Shown in pieces: positions 8,958 to 15,420 of a DNA stretch of 15,420 nucleotides. The notes beneath the pieces are model-generated. The model worked only from the letters and a program-made list of their open reading frames with translations, searched no databases and was not told the DNA's origin. Both the position numbers and the translations under genes were made by a program. How positions within the stretch are numbered: the stretch's first letter is position 1; the number at the start of each line of letters is the position of its first letter. This DNA comes from Candidatus Altiarchaeales archaeon IMC4 (lineage in GTDB: Archaea; Altiarchaeota; Altiarchaeia; IMC4). The DNA is taken from NCBI GenBank assembly GCA_001742785.1, contig MCBF01000001.1, forward strand, positions 762,422 to 777,841, written 5' to 3'.

Positions 8958-9917
8958 TTTCGCAGAATCCCTTGCAAGGGTCTTTATTTCGTCGCTTGCG
9001 TTGGAGATCATGGTTATGCCCCGGTCTATGCTGTCAGTTCTTGACTTGATTTTATCCAAAATTTTAATCAGCGAGGTATTAAATTTCTTGTAGTCCCCGA
9101 GTTCCCCCTCCTCTTTTAGCTTGCCGTACTCCTCGGAGAGGGAGTGGCATACTAAAAATACCTCCTTATAGCTGCACAAATGGACGCTTAATCTCCCTGC
9201 GTCGCATATCAGCTCAGGCACTGCATCAAGGGCACCCTCAGGCACGACCAGTACGCAATGATCTATGGTATTGGACTGGTTCTGGTACTTCCTGACCCTC
9301 GCAATCTCTCTTTTTAGTTTTGCGGAGATTTTATCCTTTATGCCTATTTGTTCTTCCGCATCCTCGCACTTGGATAACCTCTCCAGCAGGTCTACGACAT
9401 CAGGCAGTTTCGAGTCGATCGGGATAAACTTGCCGTCGCCCAGATCCCACGCGAACTCGACCTCGCCGCTGTCGGTTTTAAGGTTCGTTGCCACCAGCCC
9501 GGCCTTTATCGGATTTTCGAGGTATTGCTTGAGGATGCCCTCCCCCGCCGCACCCCTTGTTTTGGTTCCGTGGATTGTCCTTGAAAACGCATCTATCCTC
9601 TCCGAGATGCCCTTCAACTGCTCGCCGGTGTTCTTCTCGGCCTGCTGTCTGCCTTCGCCCGTCAGCCTGATAAATTCCTGAAAGCGCTTTTCCTTCTCCT
9701 CATCGGTTTTTTCCTTCTGCTTTTCGACCTCTTCGCGGCGTTTTTCCATCTCGGAAAACTGCGCCTTCATCTCGGCAATTTGTGTGCCGAGGCTCGTCAG
9801 GACCGGGGATTGCGATATGTCCGCAGTGCCAGCCGAGCGTTTGCCGAAAAACCGGCCGAGAAGCAATGCTGCTGCCGAAAGGGCTATGCACAATATGACT
9901 GCGGTTTGTGTGTCCAT
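8952..9917 (-). CDS. rmuC: RmuC-family protein (N-terminal TM helix, coiled coil, restriction-endonuclease-like domain)
   Basis: Hydrophobic N-terminus, E/K/Q-rich coiled coil, KTRGAAGEGIL (cf. RGxWGE), IPIDSKLP, KYQNQSNTIDHCVLVVPE. Confidence 0.8.
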   Translation of the reverse strand: MDTQTAVILCIALSAAALLLGRFFGKRSAGTADISQSPVLTSLGTQIAEMKAQFSEMEKRREEVEKQKEKTDEEKEKRFQEFIRLTGEGRQQAEKNTGEQLKGISERIDAFSRTIHGTKTRGAAGEGILKQYLENPIKAGLVATNLKTDSGEVEFAWDLGDGKFIPIDSKLPDVVDLLERLSKCEDAEEQIGIKDKISAKLKREIARVRKYQNQSNTIDHCVLVVPEGALDAVPELICDAGRLSVHLCSYKEVFLVCHSLSEEYGKLKEEGELGDYKKFNTSLIKILDKIKSRTDSIDRGITMISNASDEIKTLARDSAKL

Positions 9918-9946
9918 TTTGATTTGTTTCGTTATTTGATTTCTTT

Positions 9947-10960
9947 CTACAAAAACCCAAGGGTCAGCCCGACATAAACCAGATACAGCACAAGGCTTGC
10001 AAGAAGCGGCTCGGCATACAGCCTCCCCTTAACCTTCAGAGTCGCGAATATCAGGATCCCGGAAATAAGCGCAAACCCCATGCTTATGAGGGTGTGGGTG
10101 TCGAGGTTCCACTGCGTAAGCAATAGGCCGACGCTTACGACAAGCGTCGACTGGAACGAAACCGCGCCCATTATGTTCCCGAATGCGAGGGTGTCCTTCT
10201 TTTTCAGCGTCCATGTTACGCTGTTGTACTTTTCCGGAAGCTCGGTCGCGATAGGCGTTATCAAAAGCGACAGGACGAGCATCGGGATTCCGATTTTTGC
10301 CCCTACGACAATCAGGTACCCGATGAAAAGTTTCGCCCCGAATATGATAACCAAAAGCCCGATTACCGCCTGGAGATAGACATTCGTTATCGTCGGCCTT
10401 GCGTAGAAATACTTCGCAAGGTACAAAAATTCCGTATAGGTTTCATGGTCTTCCGCGTCATGGCCGAGTGTGACCTTTATGTAATAGAGGTACAAGAGGG
10501 CAAGGAATGCCGCAAGCGCGTATTTTATCGCGCTTAACTGAAAATGGTTGTACAAAAGCGACCCGGCGATAACGAATGTGAATGCAACGATAAAAAATTT
10601 CAGGTCGAAGTCGATAGCCTTAGCGTTCACGTTTAATGTCGTTGTTTTTCGCCGGTTCGTCAACTTCATAAACAGCACGGTAACCGCAACGAGGGATAAG
10701 GCAAGGGTCAGAAGCATGAAGGGTGCCCCGACGATAGCGCCGATGCCAATGTCTTCCCCGTGCTCCCCGCCGAAAACGAGGGCAAGGATCGGCATTATCG
10801 TTTCGGGAAGCGCAGTCCCGACCGCGGCCAGAAGAGAGCCGGTCGCCGCGTGCGAGAGCGCGAATTTGCGCCCGATATGCTCGACCGAGTTTGCGAAGAG
10901 TTCGCATCCGACAAGGATGACGAGCATCGCTCCGATTAGTTTGAGTACCTCAAATATCAT
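9947..10960 (-). CDS. Ca2+/cation antiporter (Na_Ca_ex/CaCA family)
   Basis: Multiple TM helices with alpha-repeats AVGTALPE...GAIVGA and IATELPE...GNIMGA. Start moved from TTG 10978 to ATG 10960, which has AGGTGA immediately upstream. Confidence 0.9.
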   Translation of the reverse strand: MIFEVLKLIGAMLVILVGCELFANSVEHIGRKFALSHAATGSLLAAVGTALPETIMPILALVFGGEHGEDIGIGAIVGAPFMLLTLALSLVAVTVLFMKLTNRRKTTTLNVNAKAIDFDLKFFIVAFTFVIAGSLLYNHFQLSAIKYALAAFLALLYLYYIKVTLGHDAEDHETYTEFLYLAKYFYARPTITNVYLQAVIGLLVIIFGAKLFIGYLIVVGAKIGIPMLVLSLLITPIATELPEKYNSVTWTLKKKDTLAFGNIMGAVSFQSTLVVSVGLLLTQWNLDTHTLISMGFALISGILIFATLKVKGRLYAEPLLASLVLYLVYVGLTLGFL

Positions 10961-10985
10961 TGTCACCTGATTATTCAAATTCTAT

Positions 10986-11003
10986 CTTTAAATCATTATT
11001 TTC
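10986..11003 (-). promoter_or_regulatory. Putative BRE/TATA for the antiporter gene
   Basis: Minus strand GAAAATAATGA-TTTAAAG, with TTTAAA about 27-32 nt upstream of ATG 10960. Confidence 0.4.
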
Positions 11004-11031
11004 CGCATTAGAAGGTATAACTTTCTAATGG

Positions 11032-11224
11032 GACACAATTTCACTGATTTTGAAGATGTAAAATCTTCAAAGCCACACGCGTTTGCAACTTGTTGCAAAT
11101 GGTGTCCTCGTATCCCTACGAGGGATACGGGACATCGATTCCTTCGAGGAATCGCTTGTCCCGTGAATTTTCAATTCACGCGGATGAAATTCCTACGGAA
11201 TTTCAATGAAGTGAAATTCTTGTC
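11032..11224. repeat. Composite multi-hairpin palindromic element (REP/MITE-like or structured RNA)
   Basis: Six perfect inverted repeats: 11049-11071, 11082-11099, 11109-11129, 11136-11154, 11162-11180, 11185-11205. They are enclosed by AATTTCACT (11037-45)/AGTGAAATT (11210-18) and GACA/TGTC. Confidence 0.85.
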
Positions 11225-11239
11225 TGAAACAGTTTACAG

Positions 11240-11255
11240 ATAAAACATTTAAATA
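11240..11255 (+). promoter_or_regulatory. Putative BRE/TATA of the vapBC operon
   Basis: A-rich stretch followed by TTTAAATA at 11248-11255, about 27-34 nt upstream of ATG 11282. Confidence 0.5.
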
Positions 11256-11281
11256 AACCAAAATCTAAATATATACTAAAA

Positions 11282-11515
11282 ATGGGAACAATTACATTAA
11301 ACCTGCAGGATGAAGTAGAAAACCAGTTTAGAACAGTTGCAAGTCTAGAGTACGGAAAGAAGAAGGGTTATCTCGGGAAGGCGATGAACCAGGCACTGGA
11401 ATGCTGGATGAAAAAGAGGACGAAACGAATGGATAGCGAGGCCTTGGCGCTTCTGGAAAAGGGTTTCGAGATGGGCAGTGTAAAGTTTGACAGGGACGAA
11501 GTGCATGAACGGTAA
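11282..11515 (+). CDS. vapB: Ribbon-helix-helix antitoxin (VapB-like)
   Basis: 77 aa. MGTITLNLQDEVENQFR...LGKAMNQALECWM (RHH pattern) and a C-terminal FDRDEVHER tail; overlaps the PIN gene. Confidence 0.8.
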   Translation: MGTITLNLQDEVENQFRTVASLEYGKKKGYLGKAMNQALECWMKKRTKRMDSEALALLEKGFEMGSVKFDRDEVHER

Positions 11516-11957
11516 AATGAGGTTTGTTGATACATCCGTCATAGTGTATGCCTATGACTTTTCTGAAAATGCAAAGAGGGCTAAGTGCAAGGCTTTGATT
11601 GAAGCGGGGTTCAAAGGCGAAGCGGAACTTGCGGTGTCAAACCAGATACTTGCCGAGCTATTCGTCGTATTAACTAAGAAAATCGAAAAACCCGTTTCAG
11701 TTGAAAATGCAAAAATTATCGTTAATGGCATAATTGAATCAGATAATTGGGTTAAGGTAAACTATGATTCGGATACTGTTGGGAAAGCCGTTATGTTGGC
11801 AAAGAGAATTAAAAATGCCCACTTCTGGGATGCACTAATAGCAGAAACGATGCTGGAAAATAATATCTACGAAATATATACGGAAAACGTAAAGGATTTT
11901 AAAGAGTTTCCAGGAATCAAGGCGATCAATCCTATATCTTCACCTAAAGCCTGCTAA
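11505..11957 (+). CDS. vapC: PIN-domain ribonuclease toxin (VapC-like)
   Basis: FVDTSVIVYAYD, NQILAEL, FWDALIAETM, IYTENVKDF carry the four acidic PIN residues. ATG 11505 (or 11517) is preferred over TTG 11487. The 3' end overlaps the ATPase by 18 nt. Confidence 0.9.
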   Translation: MNGKMRFVDTSVIVYAYDFSENAKRAKCKALIEAGFKGEAELAVSNQILAELFVVLTKKIEKPVSVENAKIIVNGIIESDNWVKVNYDSDTVGKAVMLAKRIKNAHFWDALIAETMLENNIYEIYTENVKDFKEFPGIKAINPISSPKAC

Positions 11958-14618
11958 TTTCCTAACCTCTCCGAAGATAAATATCGTTGATGAAACCACC
12001 AGCACCCTCACCCAGTCGCCCGCGCCGAGGGCAACGGTGCCGAAGGCAGTCTGGAGCATCGGTATGTAAAGCACGCACACCTGAAGCGCAATCGATGATG
12101 CCACCGCGAGTATGAGCCACTTGTTCGTGAATACGCCCTGGCTCGAAAGCGTGTGCCTTTCCGAGCGGCAACTGAAGACGTAGAACATCTGGAACATGAT
12201 AATCGTAGTGAACGCCATCGTCCTTGCATAGTCCTCGCCGCCGCACTGCGAAGCGTTATAGATGAGAAGCGTGCCTGCGCACATAATGGCACCGACCATC
12301 ATCATGTCAATGAATAATCTGCAGTCTATAACCGCAGCGTTCTTGTCCCTCGGCTTCTTTTGCATCACGTCCTTTTCATTCGGGTCAACGCCCAAGGCCA
12401 AGGCAGACATGCCGTCTGTTACGAGGTTCATCCAGAGTATCTGCACGGGCGCCAGGGGCAGCGGGATTTTTGGCATGGCAACCATCGCCACGAATATCGT
12501 CATTATCTCGCCGGCATTGCACGACAGAAGGTAGCGGACGAACTTTCGTAGGTTGTCATATATTCCCCGACCTTCCTCAACTGCAGAGACGATGCTTGCG
12601 AAGTTGTCATCGGTCAGGATCATGTCCGCGGCCTCCTTTGAAACGTCGGTTCCGGTTATCCCCATCGCAACGCCAATGTCCGCGCTTTTCAAGGCAGGGG
12701 CGTCGTTCACCCCGTCGCCTGTCATCGCCACGACGTGACCCCCTCGCTTCAGCGAGTTTACAATCCTGAGCTTGTGCTCTGGGTTCACCCGCGCGTATAT
12801 TACAACGTCGTTAACGATCCGGTCAAGTTCGCAGTCCTCAATTTCATCAAGTTCCGCGCCCGTCATCACGAGCCCGACATCGTATATGCCCATATGGCGC
12901 CCCACGGCAACCGCAGTAAGCATGTGGTCGCCGGTTATCATAATGGTCTTTATGCCTGCCTTTTTGCACAATGCCACCGCATCTATGGCGTCCTGCCTCG
13001 GCGGGTCTATCATCCCAATGAGTCCGACAAAAACCAAATCCTTTTCGATTTCATTTTCACCGCCCGATAAGGGCCGGTAAGCCGTCGCGAGAACCCTGAG
13101 TGCATCGTTTGCGAATTCGTCGTTTGCGGCAGTTATCTTTTTTATGTCTGCACCGGTAATCCTGCGCACCTTGCCGCCGTCATAAATCCTGCCGCAGAGC
13201 CGGATTATCACGTCCGCGGCGCCCTTTGTGTAGGCGACAAGTCGGTCTTCATGTCTTCCGGTCTTCATGTCTTCTTTGTGAATCGTGGTCATGTGCTTTC
13301 GCTCGGAATCGAATGGGATTTCGCTTACCCGCGGGAACTGCCGGTTCGCATCGTCATGCGTTACCCCTGCCTTTTGTGCAAAGACTACAAGGCCCACCTC
13401 GGTAGGGTCGCCCACAATACCGCCGGATATCGACGCGTTGTTGCAAAGTGAGCTTATGCGGGCCATAAGTTGTACGTCTTCCCTGCCGTGAACCAGCTTG
13501 CCACCGGAAAGTACATCCCCCTCGGTCGAGTACCCGTCGCCCGTTACCTCCAGAACCTCCCCGCTCGTATAAATCCTGCGGACGGTCATCTCGTTTCTGG
13601 TCAGGGTCCCTGTCTTGTCAGAGCAGATCACGGTGGTAGAGCCGAGAGTTTCAACGGCAGGCAGTTTCCTGATTATCGCGTGCTGTTTGACCAACCGCTT
13701 CAGGCCCAACGCAAGGGTTATGGTAACGACCGCAGGCAGGCCCTCGGGGATTGCGGCAACAGCCAGCGCGACCGAAGTCAAAAACATCTCGCTGACAGTT
13801 TCCGTGCCGTAAAGAGAGCCCGCGATAAACACTATGGCGCATATTGCAAGAACCCCTGCACCGAGATGCTTTCCTACCTGTTCAAGCCGCTTCTGCAGGG
13901 GCGTATGCTCCTTTTCTGTCGCCTGTATCATTGACGCGATCCGCCCGAACTCGGTGTTCATTCCGGTCGAGGTAACGACTGCCGTACCCCTGCCGTAGGT
14001 AACACTGGTCGCCATGAACACCATGTTTTTGCGGTCCGAAAGCTGCGTTTTTTCATCAAGTACCTGTAATCCCTTGGTGACGGGAACGGATTCGCCGGTA
14101 AGGGATGCCTCGTCCACTTTCAGGTTTACAACCTCTAGGAGACGGGCGCTTGCGGGGATGCGGTCGCCGGCTTCTACTACGATTATGTCCCCGGGCACGA
14201 TTTTGCGCGCGTCGATCCTTGCAACAACGCCGTCACGCACCACGTTTGCCATCGGGGCGACCATCGACTTCAGGGCAAGCATCGCCTTTTCGGCGCGGTA
14301 TTCTTGCACGAAGCCAAGTATCGCGTTTACAATCAGTATCGCAGTTATCACAATGCCGTCGATTAGTTCTTCGTCGCCTCCATTGTAAAGGCCTATCCCG
14401 AAAGAAACAGCCGCCGCGCCTATAAGCACGATTATCAGGAAGTTTTTGAACTGCGCAAGGAACATTTCCAAAGGGCTCGTCCTTTTTGCCTCGACAAGCT
14501 CGTTCGGGCCGAACTGCGCAAGGCGCTTGTCGGCTTCAGCCTGCGAAAGCCCCGGCCTTGCGGAGCCGAGATGCTTTAGCACCTCATCAGCGGGCATCGA
14601 GTGCCAGTTTTTTTCCAT
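11940..14618 (-). CDS. P-type IIA cation (probably Ca2+)-transporting ATPase
   Basis: [44 protein letters not shown]5 SCNAGEI, M6 [10 protein letters not shown]. Confidence 0.95.
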   Translation of the reverse strand: MEKNWHSMPADEVLKHLGSARPGLSQAEADKRLAQFGPNELVEAKRTSPLEMFLAQFKNFLIIVLIGAAAVSFGIGLYNGGDEELIDGIVITAILIVNAILGFVQEYRAEKAMLALKSMVAPMANVVRDGVVARIDARKIVPGDIIVVEAGDRIPASARLLEVVNLKVDEASLTGESVPVTKGLQVLDEKTQLSDRKNMVFMATSVTYGRGTAVVTSTGMNTEFGRIASMIQATEKEHTPLQKRLEQVGKHLGAGVLAICAIVFIAGSLYGTETVSEMFLTSVALAVAAIPEGLPAVVTITLALGLKRLVKQHAIIRKLPAVETLGSTTVICSDKTGTLTRNEMTVRRIYTSGEVLEVTGDGYSTEGDVLSGGKLVHGREDVQLMARISSLCNNASISGGIVGDPTEVGLVVFAQKAGVTHDDANRQFPRVSEIPFDSERKHMTTIHKEDMKTGRHEDRLVAYTKGAADVIIRLCGRIYDGGKVRRITGADIKKITAANDEFANDALRVLATAYRPLSGGENEIEKDLVFVGLIGMIDPPRQDAIDAVALCKKAGIKTIMITGDHMLTAVAVGRHMGIYDVGLVMTGAELDEIEDCELDRIVNDVVIYARVNPEHKLRIVNSLKRGGHVVAMTGDGVNDAPALKSADIGVAMGITGTDVSKEAADMILTDDNFASIVSAVEEGRGIYDNLRKFVRYLLSCNAGEIMTIFVAMVAMPKIPLPLAPVQILWMNLVTDGMSALALGVDPNEKDVMQKKPRDKNAAVIDCRLFIDMMMVGAIMCAGTLLIYNASQCGGEDYARTMAFTTIIMFQMFYVFSCRSERHTLSSQGVFTNKWLILAVASSIALQVCVLYIPMLQTAFGTVALGAGDWVRVLVVSSTIFIFGEVRKLAGFR
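13243..13274. repeat. Exact 16-bp tandem repeat (CGGTCTTCATGTCTTC x2; four GTCTTC cores at 8-bp period) inside the ATPase gene
   Basis: 13243-13258 is identical to 13259-13274; it encodes [10 protein letters not shown] on the minus strand. Confidence 0.85.
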
Positions 14619-14660
14619 TACGATAAAGTATTAAATGGAACAAATAATAACATAAACAAG
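14619..14660. promoter_or_regulatory. 42-bp divergent promoter region between the ATPase and Nudix genes
   Basis: AT-rich; CGATAAAG-TATTAAAT (14621-14636) lies about 25-32 nt upstream of ATG 14661. Confidence 0.5.
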
Positions 14661-15104
14661 ATGGCAAAAACAACAAGAATCACGGTTGATGCCGTAATCG
14701 TGGACAATGATTCGGTCGTCCTGATAAAAAGAAAGAACCCGCCGTTCAAGGGGATGTACGCGCTTCCTGGGGGCTTCGTCGATTACAACGAATCGGTTGA
14801 AGAAGCGCTGGTGCGTGAAGCAAAAGAAGAAACCGGGCTTGACGTAAATATTGAACGGCTCGTCGGCGTTTATTCCGCGCCGGGCCGCGACCCGCGCGGG
14901 CATACGGTTTCGATATGTTTCCTCTGCAGGGTGTCGGGCGGCGGACTGGCCGCAGGAAGCGATGCGGAAACCGCAGAGAAATTCAAAATAGAGCATCTAC
15001 CAAAACTCGCATTCGACCACAAAAGGATGATTCACGGTTGTCTCGACAAACGGAACACCGTTTGCCTAACGAGGCAAACGCGTGTAACCGATGCCATGCT
15101 ATGA
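14661..15104 (+). CDS. Nudix hydrolase (ADP-ribose pyrophosphatase-like)
   Basis: TVDAVI, LIKRKNPPFKGMYALPGGFVDYNESVEEALVREAKEETGL (Nudix box), RDPRG, GSDA, LAFDH. Start set at ATG 14661 because the track start overlaps the ATPase gene. Confidence 0.92.
   Translation: MAKTTRITVDAVIVDNDSVVLIKRKNPPFKGMYALPGGFVDYNESVEEALVREAKEETGLDVNIERLVGVYSAPGRDPRGHTVSICFLCRVSGGGLAAGSDAETAEKFKIEHLPKLAFDHKRMIHGCLDKRNTVCLTRQTRVTDAML
15036..15089. mobile_element. 54-bp palindromic element apparently inserted in-frame in the Nudix gene
   Basis: Ends GGTT.../...AACC, CG repeated at both junctions, internal hairpin CGTTTGCCT-AACG-AGGCAAACG. Removing it gives LAFDHKRMIHDAML*. Its reverse complement matches 11075-11107. 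Confidence 0.7.
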
Positions 15105-15109
15105 CTAGG

Positions 15110-15340
15110 TCACCTTTTTACATCCTTCACAGAGATATTTTCCATCCGTTCGTGAAGGTGCGATGTCGTATCCCTGAGTCTTTTTAGTTCACTCTCAGTT
15201 ATCTCCTCGATAGCCGCTTCAATCGACAAAACGGAGGTCTCAAGGAGGTTGAGTATGACTTCGTTGTAGGATTTATTGCCTTTTAGTTTATCGAGCTCCT
15301 TTTTAACATCCAGCGACACAGCGATGGTGGTCAAATCCAT
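15110..15340 (-). CDS. Small RHH-type DNA-binding / antitoxin-like protein
   Basis: TTIAVSLDVKKELDKLKGNKSYNEVILNLLE is an archaeal RHH pattern, followed by a helical tail. TTTATACT (15373-15366, minus) about 26-33 nt upstream favours ATG 15340 over 15358. Confidence 0.75.
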   Translation of the reverse strand: MDLTTIAVSLDVKKELDKLKGNKSYNEVILNLLETSVLSIEAAIEEITESELKRLRDTTSHLHERMENISVKDVKR

Positions 15341-15420
15341 ATCGTTCTTTGGTCTCATTTTGTTTAGTATAAATTTAGGGAATTAGTCGTTTTCCGTACC
15401 AAATTGCCCATATATTATAT

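Noticed and set aside
11032..11224. CRISPR array or tRNA
   Set aside because: No repeated direct-repeat unit with spacers; no T-loop/D-loop consensus, and too many arms for a tRNA.
11029..11226. TG target-site duplication around the array
   Set aside because: Only 2 bp and dependent on an arbitrary boundary choice.
11028..11243. 71-aa ORF spanning the hairpin array
   Set aside because: No recognisable motif or RBS, and the sequence is explained by palindromes. The open frame is noted only as compatible with in-frame insertion ability.
8210..15187. Alternative ORFs overlapping larB, rmuC, the antiporter, vapBC, the ATPase and Nudix
   Set aside because: Shadow ORFs in GC-richer coding DNA with no motifs.
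15378..15410. Weak inverted repeat GGGAATT...AATTGCCC
   Set aside because: Short, imperfect and at the window edge.

Overview
Probably archaeal DNA (GGTGA-type ribosome-binding sites, TATA-like boxes about 25-35 nt before start codons, very short intergenic regions); finer taxonomy cannot be set from this window. Bases 1-8206 are a visibly AT-rich, tightly coupled minus-strand operon that looks like a defence island: PLD-nuclease/SNF2 helicase, a large N6-adenine methyltransferase (Eco57I/type IIG-like), a wHTH-DUF488 protein, and a fourth gene missing from the ORF track that runs off the left edge. Bases 8301-15358 are GC-richer host-type genes: larB, rmuC-like, a Ca2+/cation antiporter, a vapBC pair, a P-type IIA ATPase, a Nudix hydrolase and a small RHH protein. 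The most unusual signal is a family of palindromic elements. A ~195-bp intergenic array of six hairpins closed by an outer stem (11032-11224) shares a module (ACACGCGTTTGC-N8-GCAAAYGGTGTYC) with a 54-bp palindromic segment that appears to have inserted in-frame into the 3' end of the Nudix gene (15036-15089).
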